Shown: piece by piece, positions 54,361-61,738 of the stretch
Numbering within the stretch: the stretch's first letter is position 1
Layout: each line of letters opens with the position of its first letter
Source of the DNA: a virus
IMG/VR virus record: IMGVR_UViG_3300050509_000438
Location: 1 to 64,000 of that record
DNA: 64,000 bases
Strand: one strand, 5' to 3'
Program-made: the position numbers and the translations under genes
Notes under the pieces: generated by a model
Database searches by the model: none
What the model was told of the DNA's origin: nothing
What the model saw: the letters and a program-made list of their open reading frames with translations, nothing else

Positions 54361-54385
54361 TTTGAGGTATCAAACAACGACAAAT

Positions 54386-54565
54386 ATGAACACCACACAA
54401 CGAGCAATCGAAGCTGGGCTAACCTTCAAGCGCCTTGAAAAGGCTGAAGGTGCTGTGACTGCAAACACGATCAGCGCCTATAAGGTATTCAATACCCTGA
54501 TCAACGGACTGACCGATCAGGAGAAAGAATTCATCAACAAAGAGGTGCGCCGGTTGAACAAATAA
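54386..54565 (+). CDS. Hypothetical protein, 59 aa (ATG start; upstream part of the track ORF is promoter DNA)
   Basis: MNTTQRAIEAGLTFKRLEK... Confidence 0.45.
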   Translation: MNTTQRAIEAGLTFKRLEKAEGAVTANTISAYKVFNTLINGLTDQEKEFINKEVRRLNK

Positions 54566-54595
54566 CGGATAGGCTAACATAAACAACAACGACAA

Positions 54596-55129
54596 ATGAA
54601 AATCAAGACAATCACACTTCACCAGTTCAATGAGCTGGAGGGCAAGGCCAGAGAAAAGGCATTGCAAAAACATTCCGATATTAATGTGAATTATGAATGG
54701 TGGGATTATACCTACGATGATGCCGCACGTATCGGTCTGAAGATATCCGAATTCGATCCGGATCATTATTGCAAAGGGAAATTACAAATCTCGTTGTGTG
54801 AAGTTTGCGACAAGATCAAGACCGAATACGGTGAGCAGTGCGATACGTACAAACTGGCTGACGAGTACCTCACTAAATGGGCTGAGCTTGTCAAAAAATA
54901 CTCTTACGGGGTCAATATTGATCAGGTGGCTGAGGACAAAGAATATGAATTTGATCAGGAGGCCGACGAGATGGAGGAAGATTTCCTCAAAGATCTTTGT
55001 GAAGAGTATCGCATCATCCTGCGTAAGGAGTATGAATATCTGACCAGTGAAGAGGCTATTGTTGAAACGCTGGAATCAAACGGGTATTATTTCGATGAAG
55101 ATGGCAACATTGAAACACCAGACGCATGA
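54596..55129 (+). CDS. Acidic protein, 177 aa (possible DNA mimic/anti-restriction, speculative)
   Basis: Strongly D/E-rich. C-terminal EEAIVETLESNGYYFDEDGN motif is common in mobile-element proteins. Confidence 0.45.
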   Translation: MKIKTITLHQFNELEGKAREKALQKHSDINVNYEWWDYTYDDAARIGLKISEFDPDHYCKGKLQISLCEVCDKIKTEYGEQCDTYKLADEYLTKWAELVKKYSYGVNIDQVAEDKEYEFDQEADEMEEDFLKDLCEEYRIILRKEYEYLTSEEAIVETLESNGYYFDEDGNIETPDA

Positions 55130-55458
55130 AAACTCAACACACACCCGGACCGTGGGAAGTGCACCCCCATTATGAATCTGTTTACGCATCAGGAAAACGG
55201 ATTTGTATAATCGTCCCACAAGGTGGGAGTTTAAAACCTTTTGACAAAGAGAACGCTTTGCTGATCGCCGCCGCCCCCGAAACAGCAGCCGAAAGGGATA
55301 GGCTGAAGGAAATCAATAGTGGGCTATTGAATGCTCTGGAGAACCTTTGTCAGCAGGTGGCGCGTGATTGCTCAATCAGCAGTGACACGAAGTATTTTGA
55401 ACTTTTTCAACGGCATCAGGAAGCATTGCAAGCGATCAAAAAAGCAAAACAACAATAA
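55126..55458 (+). CDS. Hypothetical protein, 110 aa (HTPGPW ... NALLIAAAPE family)
   Basis: Paralogue of 60033..60371 (APW ... LLTAAPDLLNALE). Confidence 0.5.
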   Translation: MKTQHTPGPWEVHPHYESVYASGKRICIIVPQGGSLKPFDKENALLIAAAPETAAERDRLKEINSGLLNALENLCQQVARDCSISSDTKYFELFQRHQEALQAIKKAKQQ

Positions 55459-55479
55459 CCACGGCGGCAAGCCGGTAAT

Positions 55480-55857
55480 ATGACAACGACGAAAGAAACA
55501 ATGAGAGATGTATTGCAGCCCACCCTCAACAATATTGAAATCGAGGGCTTAACGGCTATGTTCAACGAGTTTTTCAATGATTACTGTGAGCAACACGGCG
55601 CGGAACAGGCAAAAGCTGGGTTCTTTTATTGTAACGGTCATTTGCAAAGTGAAGATGATGCCAACGGAACGCCTATCCACTTCGAGGGTCTTAAAGTAAG
55701 CTATTTAGGCAAGCGTAAAGACGGTGATCTGACGTATGTTATTCTTGAGGATAGCAAAGGTAATGAACGGCTATGTGAGTTTAATCAGTACAATGGGCAA
55801 TGGCACCTATTCAACAAGCAATGGACGAAAATTGTGAAGTCCGGTAAAACCTTTTAA
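55480..55857 (+). CDS. Hypothetical protein, 125 aa
   Basis: ORF. Confidence 0.5.
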   Translation: MTTTKETMRDVLQPTLNNIEIEGLTAMFNEFFNDYCEQHGAEQAKAGFFYCNGHLQSEDDANGTPIHFEGLKVSYLGKRKDGDLTYVILEDSKGNERLCEFNQYNGQWHLFNKQWTKIVKSGKTF

Positions 55858-55867
55858 ACTTACTCCC

Positions 55868-56254
55868 ATGACACGCGCACAATACGAACAACTATTCAAG
55901 ACCGGTATTGAGATCAACCTCCCGGCCAACGACAAGCCTGCTTTACGCGAAGCTTGGAATAATAATATTGATGCCCTGGTAAAAGAGGGAACACTCCCCG
56001 ACCGTGCCCGAGACTGGTCACACCCGCGAAGGTTCTACCCATACGGATCCACAGAGAACCCCTTGCGTAACCATAAACGTAAGACCCGGGACGAATACCA
56101 GGTACACGGATGTTATGCCCACGGTTGGGAGGAAGTAACAGCAGAGGACACACGCGCTGAAGCCAAACAGAGGCTTAAGGAGTACAGAGAGAACGAGCCA
56201 GGCACGGCCTTCAGGCTTGTGCGCAAGCGCGTGCCGCTGGCCGTCATAGCATGA
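55868..56254 (+). CDS. Hypothetical protein, 128 aa
   Basis: ORF. Confidence 0.5.
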   Translation: MTRAQYEQLFKTGIEINLPANDKPALREAWNNNIDALVKEGTLPDRARDWSHPRRFYPYGSTENPLRNHKRKTRDEYQVHGCYAHGWEEVTAEDTRAEAKQRLKEYRENEPGTAFRLVRKRVPLAVIA

Positions 56255-56384
56255 AAAGGCGACACCGGTTCAACTCCGGCGCTCTCTGGGTTGCGTGTGG
56301 TCGATTAGCGCAGGCGGTAATGGGTTGTTACCGTGGCAATTTGGTGCCAGATCGCAGAGAGCAATTTTTATAGCAAACTAAATT

Positions 56385-56402
56385 TATATATATATATATA
56401 TA
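56385..56402. repeat. (TA)9 dinucleotide microsatellite 5 nt upstream of a start codon
   Basis: tatatatatatatatata read directly. Preceded by GCAAACTAAATT. Confidence 0.9.
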
Positions 56403-56407
56403 GGATT

Positions 56408-56596
56408 ATGAGAAGATCAAAACAGCATGCGTATTATGTTGGTAATCAATTTCCTGATAGGGTTGGTCAGATGGTGATAGTTAAAAATAGAATTGGAAGC
56501 TCATCAGCCTTTGATGTTGTATTTACAGAAGATCAAAAACAGCATGAATGCAATAGAAGTTTTTTAATTCCAACCACATTGAATAGAAAAATATAG
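56408..56596 (+). CDS. Hypothetical protein, 62 aa (internal ATG start)
   Basis: MRRSKQHAYYVGNQFPDRVGQMVIVKNRIG... The upstream part of the track ORF reads through the TA repeat. Confidence 0.45.
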   Translation: MRRSKQHAYYVGNQFPDRVGQMVIVKNRIGSSSAFDVVFTEDQKQHECNRSFLIPTTLNRKI

Positions 56597-56609
56597 GGAG
56601 CCTATCCTA

Positions 56610-56654
56610 CCCCGTGGATCTTTCGTCGTTGTTAGTCCACGGGGTTATTTTAAA
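56610..56654 (+). terminator. Intrinsic terminator
   Basis: A 9-bp stem CCCCGTGGA / TCCACGGGG with a 17-nt loop, followed by TTATTTTAAA. Confidence 0.6.
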
Positions 56655-56703
56655 CAACGGCCACGTGTCCCGGTGATCAGGGGCGCAAACTAAAATTGGA
56701 ATA

Positions 56704-57183
56704 ATGAACACAACATCAGAAGACATAATAACATCTAACGCTATCGAGCAAACTGTTTGCTCTCCAATGCACAAAGCCCCCCGTGAACCAATGACACCGG
56801 ACTTAACACAATTCATGATGCAATGTATGCTTAGTGAAATGAAAGTGTTAACAGAGGACGAAAAACCGTTCCTAGATAAACTGATCGAAAAGCGTGTGCA
56901 GCACTGCTTTAAGTACACACTCGAACCTAAGTTGATCCTATTTCTGGCAATTCTCTGTAAAAGCCCTGGTAATTGCGTGCTTTATCTATGGTATCTTCAA
57001 ATGATCAGTCGGGATGAAAAGATAATGCATTTCACAGTCGAAAAAATTTGTGAAGTGTTCCCGGTCGGGTTTCTCTCTGAAAGTTCATTGCGTGAAATAT
57101 GGAATAGCCAAAAAGTTTCATGGAGAGGCAGCGATAATATGGTAGACCATCAGCAGGCAGGGGCGTCATTGTTAGCAAACTAA
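56704..57183 (+). CDS. Hypothetical protein, 159 aa
   Basis: ORF ending in the GCAAACTAA junction motif. Confidence 0.5.
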   Translation: MNTTSEDIITSNAIEQTVCSPMHKAPREPMTPDLTQFMMQCMLSEMKVLTEDEKPFLDKLIEKRVQHCFKYTLEPKLILFLAILCKSPGNCVLYLWYLQMISRDEKIMHFTVEKICEVFPVGFLSESSLREIWNSQKVSWRGSDNMVDHQQAGASLLAN

Positions 57184-57185
57184 TT

Positions 57186-57302
57186 ATGGACCTCCTAAAA
57201 TTCATCTTCGCTGATCCCTTTACCTTCATAGGCGTCATTGTGCTGCTGCTGGTAATATTCGAAGGCTGTGCAGAGATCATTAGAGCGATACGTAAAAAAT
57301 AA
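57186..57302 (+). CDS. Micro-ORF, 38 aa, single TM (MDLLKFIFADPFTFIGVIVLLLVIFEGCAEIIRAIRKK)
   Basis: The start is part of GCAAACTAATTATG. Below the ORF-track cutoff. Confidence 0.35.
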   Translation: MDLLKFIFADPFTFIGVIVLLLVIFEGCAEIIRAIRKK

Positions 57303-57310
57303 AAAGCATT

Positions 57311-57430
57311 ATGAAAGCACAAGACATTATAGATTTGATTTGGGCCGCCTGTCATGCAGTAGAGATTGGCCTTCTTTTGGGCGTAGTGGGATTGCTGAAT
57401 GACATCAAGAAAGATAAACCCGCAAACTAA
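57311..57430 (+). CDS. Micro-ORF, 39 aa, hydrophobic (MKAQDIIDLIWAACHAVEIGLLLGVVGLLNDIKKDKPAN)
   Basis: Ends in GCAAACTAA. Below the ORF-track cutoff. Confidence 0.35.
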   Translation: MKAQDIIDLIWAACHAVEIGLLLGVVGLLNDIKKDKPAN

Positions 57431-57827
57431 TTTTATGACCTATGCAACAAGACTATTTCTTTCAATCATCCACCGGCTGGAACATTGGTTGGTACGGATA
57501 CAATCAGTATCACTTCGATACCTACGAAGAGGCCGAACTGTTCGCCCGCTACTGGAATGTGCGCGTACCTTCTACCAGCTCAAGAGGTTAGAGCGTGTAG
57601 TGTACCTCGATGGCGCGTGGACTTACTTCTGGCGCTATAGCCAGACTCCTACGTTTGCCACCCCGGAAAACCTGGTCATGCGCTGCAGGCTCCGGGCAAA
57701 GCTCGACACGGATCGGCGTTGCAATATACAGGAGCGCCGCTGGCATACAGAGTATGTGAAGGAGTGGGGTGAGATCAGCTATAGGGAGACGCTGGATCCT
57801 GTGGGACAGCGGTGGAGTAGTAATTAA
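57399..57827 (+). CDS. Hypothetical protein; 5' boundary and frame uncertain (alternative 49-aa ORF at 57442..57591 looks more protein-like at the 5' end)
   Basis: The track frame is R/L-rich for the first 60 residues. The other frame reads MQQDYFFQSSTGWNIGWYGYNQYHFDTYEEAELFARYWN. Confidence 0.35.
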   Translation: MTSRKINPQTNFMTYATRLFLSIIHRLEHWLVRIQSVSLRYLRRGRTVRPLLECARTFYQLKRLERVVYLDGAWTYFWRYSQTPTFATPENLVMRCRLRAKLDTDRRCNIQERRWHTEYVKEWGEISYRETLDPVGQRWSSN

Positions 57828-57839
57828 TGCAAACTAATT

Positions 57840-58097
57840 ATGACTGAACAACAGGGCTATGAAGAGTACTTAAGCTTTGGAGGCACTAAGACCCGATTGG
57901 AGTGGGTAGCTGCCACAAAACACTGGCCTTATGGCATAGACTCCGAAGGACTCATCACCGCCGTGCTCGCCTGGTGGGAGGAGCATCAGCACGACACCGA
58001 CACTGTATACGATCACGAGGGGTATACAGAGCATTACAACCGCTACAACGAGCCTCCGGAGTTCGTTCGCATAGCGCAGGAGTTGAAAGCAAACTAA
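57840..58097 (+). CDS. Hypothetical protein, 85 aa
   Basis: The start is within GCAAACTAATTATG and the end is within GCAAACTAA. Confidence 0.5.
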   Translation: MTEQQGYEEYLSFGGTKTRLEWVAATKHWPYGIDSEGLITAVLAWWEEHQHDTDTVYDHEGYTEHYNRYNEPPEFVRIAQELKAN

Positions 58098-58112
58098 ATC
58101 TTGAAAACCTAT

Positions 58113-58298
58113 ATGGAGCAAAGAATAATCTCATCACTCACCAATGGCCAGTTGGTCGAATGCACAAAAGAAGAATATCCAGAAGTGCGTAAAATTCTCC
58201 ATAGGCAGGCCGCCAAATATCTGGAAGAGGGACAGGAAATGAGAAGCATCATTGCTCTGGAAGAGGTAAGACGTCTTGATAAAACACATTTATGGTAG
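58113..58298 (+). CDS. Hypothetical protein, 61 aa (ATG start)
   Basis: MEQRIISSLTNGQLVECTKEEYPEV... Confidence 0.45.
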   Translation: MEQRIISSLTNGQLVECTKEEYPEVRKILHRQAAKYLEEGQEMRSIIALEEVRRLDKTHLW

Positions 58299-58335
58299 TG
58301 CACACAATTAATATAAACTTTAATCAAAAACAAAA

Positions 58336-58608
58336 ATGAAAAACATCTTAATCACAACCCAGCATCGCGGTGTCTTCTTCGCACAAGTGGATGACAACAC
58401 TGACCTAACTCAAAAGACGCTGGTTAACCTCAAGAATTGCCGTATGGCTATTTATTGGGGCACCACCAAAGGGGTGATGCAACTCGCTCATGAAGGCCCC
58501 ACATCCTCATCTAAGATCGGCGCACCTGCCGACATTGATGTAATGCACGACATCACCGCTGTGTTTTCGGTTTCAGATAAAGCCGCTCAAGCATGGACAA
58601 TCGCCTGA
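58336..58608 (+). CDS. Hypothetical protein, 90 aa
   Basis: ORF. Confidence 0.5.
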   Translation: MKNILITTQHRGVFFAQVDDNTDLTQKTLVNLKNCRMAIYWGTTKGVMQLAHEGPTSSSKIGAPADIDVMHDITAVFSVSDKAAQAWTIA

Positions 58609-59093
58609 TCACTTTTAACGAGGTTTGCCATAACGGTGCCTGTGTTGAAGGTGTGAAGGAATTTTACATTGACAATTTTTATGGCCAAACCGCCGTATCG
58701 CTGGCTGATGCCATCGATGCTGGAGCTGACCTAAAATATTTAGGAGGCTACGGCTACGGCGACGGCTACGGCTACGGCGACGGCTACGGCGACGGCTACG
58801 GCTACGGCAACGGCGACGGCTACGGCAACGGCTACGGCGACGGCGACGGCTACGGCAACGGCAACGGCGACGGCTACGGCGACGGCAACGGCAACGGCTA
58901 CGGCGACGGCGACGGCTACGGCAACGGCAACGGCGACGGCTACGGCGACGGCGACGGCGACGGCAACGGCGACGGCGACGGCTACGGCAACGGCAACGGC
59001 GACGGCTACGGCGACGGCGACGGCGACGGCAACGGCGACGGCTACGGCAACGGCTACGGCGACGGCAACGGCGGTTGGCCCAAACCATCATGA
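58593..59093 (+). CDS. Protein with a 50-aa N-terminal domain followed by 54 Gly-(Tyr/Asp/Asn) dipeptides, 166 aa
   Basis: MDNRLITFNEVCHNGACVEGVKEFY...LKYLGG followed by (G[YDN])54 and GGWPKPS. ATGA-coupled to the recombinase gene. Confidence 0.6.
   Translation: MDNRLITFNEVCHNGACVEGVKEFYIDNFYGQTAVSLADAIDAGADLKYLGGYGYGDGYGYGDGYGDGYGYGNGDGYGNGYGDGDGYGNGNGDGYGDGNGNGYGDGDGYGNGNGDGYGDGDGDGNGDGDGYGNGNGDGYGDGDGDGNGDGYGNGYGDGNGGWPKPS
58746..59072. repeat. Perfect hexanucleotide array (GGC-NAC)54 with N = T/G/A only, including an exact 66-bp tandem duplication
   Basis: Read directly. Units 58908-58973 and 58974-59039 are identical. Gly is always GGC, and CAC never occurs. Confidence 0.95.
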
Positions 59094-59638
59094 CCCTAGG
59101 CTACGCCCGCGTGAGCCGCGAAGACCAGGACCTCACCCGCCAGATCGACGCCCTGCAAAAGGCTGGCTGTGATAAGCTCTACCTCGATAAGATGTCGGGC
59201 GTCAAAAACTCCCGGCCTGAGCTTGACAAGCTGCTGATCGACGTGCAGCCAGGCGATACTGTGGTGGTCCATAAGCTCGACCGCCTGGGCAGATCTACTA
59301 TCCACCTGCTGAGCACCGTCACGGGCTGGCGCGATCGCGGGATACACTTCAGATCGCTCAGCGAGAGCCTGGACACCTCTTCGCCCCATGGCCGGATGAT
59401 CTTTACGGTGATGGCAGCCTTTGCTGAGCTCGAGCGCGACATGATCTCGGAACGCACCAGGCATGCGCTCAGTGTGAAGAAGAGCAATGGACAGCGTATG
59501 GGGAGGCCGGAGGCTGACAGGACGCAAACTAAATCTGAGATTGCGGCTATGGTTGAGCGTGGTATGTCAGATGCCGAGATCATATCAGAGCTCAGGATGG
59601 GGAGAAGTACTTATTATAGGTTGAAGGCTAAGCTATGA
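59090..59638 (+). CDS. Small serine recombinase (resolvase/invertase family), 182 aa
   Basis: LGYARVSREDQDLTRQ, VHKLDRLGRS and SERTRHAL, with a C-terminal HTH MSDAEIISELRMGRSTYYRLK. Confidence 0.85.
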   Translation: MTLGYARVSREDQDLTRQIDALQKAGCDKLYLDKMSGVKNSRPELDKLLIDVQPGDTVVVHKLDRLGRSTIHLLSTVTGWRDRGIHFRSLSESLDTSSPHGRMIFTVMAAFAELERDMISERTRHALSVKKSNGQRMGRPEADRTQTKSEIAAMVERGMSDAEIISELRMGRSTYYRLKAKL

Positions 59639-60027
59639 AGCCAAGAGTAATATTCGTAGGCGTACACAATAAGCCAGGTAAGACGCCGCTGGATTCATCC
59701 ACGCTGACCGGTAGAACAGTCGATGCAATTGCAAGTCTGTTGCCTGAGTTTGAGATCGTAAAGTCAAATTTGCATGATATGGAGTATCTGCCTACAGATC
59801 GGTTGATGACTGTAACATCATGGCGCAGGAGAGTAAAGTATAAGCGTGATGATATTGTGGTAGTATTGGGTCGCCAGGTTGGTTGGGATTTTGGAAGAAA
59901 TCATGGTAGCCAAATACCTATTCCCTTTATCCAAATGGAACATCCTGCCAAGGTCATGTCATCAGTCGAGCGCGCACGGTATATTCAGAATGCGGTTGAG
60001 GTAATTAAAAATAGAGTTAAACTTTAA
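59635..60027 (+). CDS. Hypothetical protein, 130 aa (weak UDG-superfamily resemblance)
   Basis: VIFVGVHNKPGKTPLD...G and a late HPA motif. Low confidence. Confidence 0.4.
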   Translation: MKPRVIFVGVHNKPGKTPLDSSTLTGRTVDAIASLLPEFEIVKSNLHDMEYLPTDRLMTVTSWRRRVKYKRDDIVVVLGRQVGWDFGRNHGSQIPIPFIQMEHPAKVMSSVERARYIQNAVEVIKNRVKL

Positions 60028-60032
60028 AACAA

Positions 60033-60371
60033 ATGGAATACGGTAAAGCACCATGGATATTAAAAAAGCGTGGGAGAACACAAATCAAACGCAACATAAC
60101 AACTGCCGATGGCTTTCACATAGCGTCAGTGGGTGGCTGTTTTGGATTGAAGGATGATATTGATGCAATCGCTATCCTGCTTACAGCCGCCCCTGATCTT
60201 CTGAATGCACTCGAGTTCATCATGAACATAGACGAAAGCCAGGGTGTGAAGGGCCGCACATACGGAGACACTCAATACGACAGTCTTTCAGGACACTATG
60301 GTTCTAATGAAATGCTGAACTACATCAAGTCACTGATTGAGCCAGCCATCAAAAAAGCTCGTGGCCTATGA
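60033..60371 (+). CDS. Hypothetical protein, 112 aa, paralogue of 55126..55458
   Basis: GKAPW ... AILLTAAPDLLNALEFI. Confidence 0.5.
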   Translation: MEYGKAPWILKKRGRTQIKRNITTADGFHIASVGGCFGLKDDIDAIAILLTAAPDLLNALEFIMNIDESQGVKGRTYGDTQYDSLSGHYGSNEMLNYIKSLIEPAIKKARGL

Positions 60372-60664
60372 AAAAGAAAAAATATCTGCCGCTTTACGAG
60401 AAGTGGATGAAGACTGGCCAATTGCCAGAATGTGGATTGTGCAACTGCTTTGGTGAATGTATTACTGATGACGAATATTTTTTAGACCCATCACATCAGC
60501 TTTTTAAACTCATGTACCCTGAAGACATAGAAATGCCGCAGAGTGAATATTGGGGGCGCGGTCCAATTGAAGAGCTTGTAGATATTGAAAAAATTCACAA
60601 CGAGTTCACTCCCCTTCGTCAGAACATAGTACTCTTAATGGCCGCGATGAACGGGGAGCTATGA
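60368..60664 (+). CDS. Hypothetical protein, 98 aa
   Basis: ATGA-coupled ORF. Confidence 0.5.
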   Translation: MKKKKYLPLYEKWMKTGQLPECGLCNCFGECITDDEYFLDPSHQLFKLMYPEDIEMPQSEYWGRGPIEELVDIEKIHNEFTPLRQNIVLLMAAMNGEL

Positions 60665-60738
60665 CTACCCCCGAAGTCCAATCCCTTATAGAAGTCCTGA
60701 CCAAGTGGTTCGGAGATCACAACTATTTCAACGTATGA
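60661..60738 (+). CDS. Micro-ORF, 25 aa (MTTPEVQSLIEVLTKWFGDHNYFNV)
   Basis: ATGA overlaps at both ends. Confidence 0.25.
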   Translation: MTTPEVQSLIEVLTKWFGDHNYFNV

Positions 60739-60890
60739 CATACCTCGAAATTAAGGTTATCCTAAAGTACAAGTGTGAAGAACGCTGGATCGAGAACGGT
60801 TCGGCCCGTTACTTTCACGCGCATTGTGCTACGGTAGATGACTATAGCTTTAAGCGCTTGTGCATGGCGGTACAATTTTACTTCAACTGA
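60735..60890 (+). CDS. Hypothetical protein, 51 aa (ATG start)
   Basis: MTYLEIKVILKYKCEERWIENG... Confidence 0.4.
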   Translation: MTYLEIKVILKYKCEERWIENGSARYFHAHCATVDDYSFKRLCMAVQFYFN

Positions 60891-60910
60891 AATGATCTAA
60901 CGAAAAAGGA

Positions 60911-61153
60911 ATGAAGACACTTGAAGAGATCAAATACGAAGTGGCAAAAGAGCTTGGATACAAAGACTATGAGCACATGGTTCTGTTGGGAAATACCTAT
61001 TGGATAAGCCAAGCCACAGACCATGTCGCCAAGCGCTACGCAGAGCAGGCGATTGAAAGGTGTGCTGCGGTGGCAGATACATGCTTAAATCACGTCAACG
61101 AAGTAATCGTTGATACTGAAGTAATCTACAACGTTAAAACCGAACTGAAATGA
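60911..61153 (+). CDS. Hypothetical protein, 80 aa
   Basis: ORF. Confidence 0.5.
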   Translation: MKTLEEIKYEVAKELGYKDYEHMVLLGNTYWISQATDHVAKRYAEQAIERCAAVADTCLNHVNEVIVDTEVIYNVKTELK

Positions 61154-61350
61154 GAAAATACTGGAAAGACATCCTGCCGTCAATTAAGCTCGGCCTTTTA
61201 GTGGCGCTTCTGTTAATCGTTGTGATTGCTATATTCCGATCCACAGTGGATGATGACAGCATCCAGCAATTCTTACGAAAGCAAATCACCGACCTTTCAG
61301 TAGGCGAGTTGATATTAATAGTGGTTCTTATTGTAACGCTCACAAAGTAA
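61150..61350 (+). CDS. Small membrane protein, 66 aa
   Basis: Hydrophobic segments LGLLVALLLIVVIAIF and LILIVVLIVTL. Confidence 0.45.
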   Translation: MRKYWKDILPSIKLGLLVALLLIVVIAIFRSTVDDDSIQQFLRKQITDLSVGELILIVVLIVTLTK

Positions 61351-61586
61351 TGACCTACCCCGACGAACTCCAGCAATACGAAGACCGCATGGCGCGGCGC
61401 AACCGCGTGATCAACCGGATCATCGTGCTTTGCTTCGTGCTGATCGTTCTTACGCTGCTGGCCTTCATTACGGCGATCGGGTGGTATGTGAATGCGCAGC
61501 ATAGAGAGCCTACTGTGCACAAGACCGAGTCAGGGAGCAATAAGGTTGAGCATACAAGCAGAAGGAGGATGTATGACGGTAGATGA
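61350..61586 (+). CDS. Small membrane protein, 78 aa
   Basis: TM segment IIVLCFVLIVLTLLAFITAIGWYV. Confidence 0.45.
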   Translation: MTYPDELQQYEDRMARRNRVINRIIVLCFVLIVLTLLAFITAIGWYVNAQHREPTVHKTESGSNKVEHTSRRRMYDGR

Positions 61587-61734
61587 AGGAGATGAGGATG
61601 ACTACTTCGATAATGAAGAGGAATCTGAACCTGATTATTATGTGTGTATGTGCTGCGGGTATACATGCGTAGAAGACCACAATGGATGGGGGTGTCCTCA
61701 CTGTACAGCAATAATGGAAGAAGGATATTATTAA
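61573..61734 (+). CDS. Acidic zinc-ribbon protein, 53 aa
   Basis: MTVDEGDEDDYFDNEEESEPDYYVCMCCG...GCPHC. Confidence 0.4.
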   Translation: MTVDEGDEDDYFDNEEESEPDYYVCMCCGYTCVEDHNGWGCPHCTAIMEEGYY

Positions 61735-61738
61735 ACAA

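Noticed and set aside
54163-54385. ORFs 54163..54348 and the 5' part of 54206..54565.
   Set aside because: They lie between a strong terminator and the promoter/dyad cluster. Their products are Cys-rich nonsense. The real start is taken as 54386.
58097-58112. Sequence resembling a Hin/Gin-type hix half-site (TCTTGAAAACC); another (TTATCAAAAAC) lies at 50049-50059.
   Set aside because: Only isolated half-sites are present, with no dyad partner. The match relies on my memory of the hix consensus and is within chance expectation for 128 kb of two-strand sequence.
58615-59091. Minus-strand 158-aa poly-Arg/Ser/Cys ORF.
   Set aside because: It is a pure antisense reading of the (GGC-NAC)n array. 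It has no start context, and the plus-strand gene is coupled to the recombinase.
59524-59536. A sixth copy of GCAAACTAAATCT, inside the recombinase gene.
   Set aside because: It is in-frame coding sequence (TQTKS). A single 13-mer match is within chance expectation for a window of this size.
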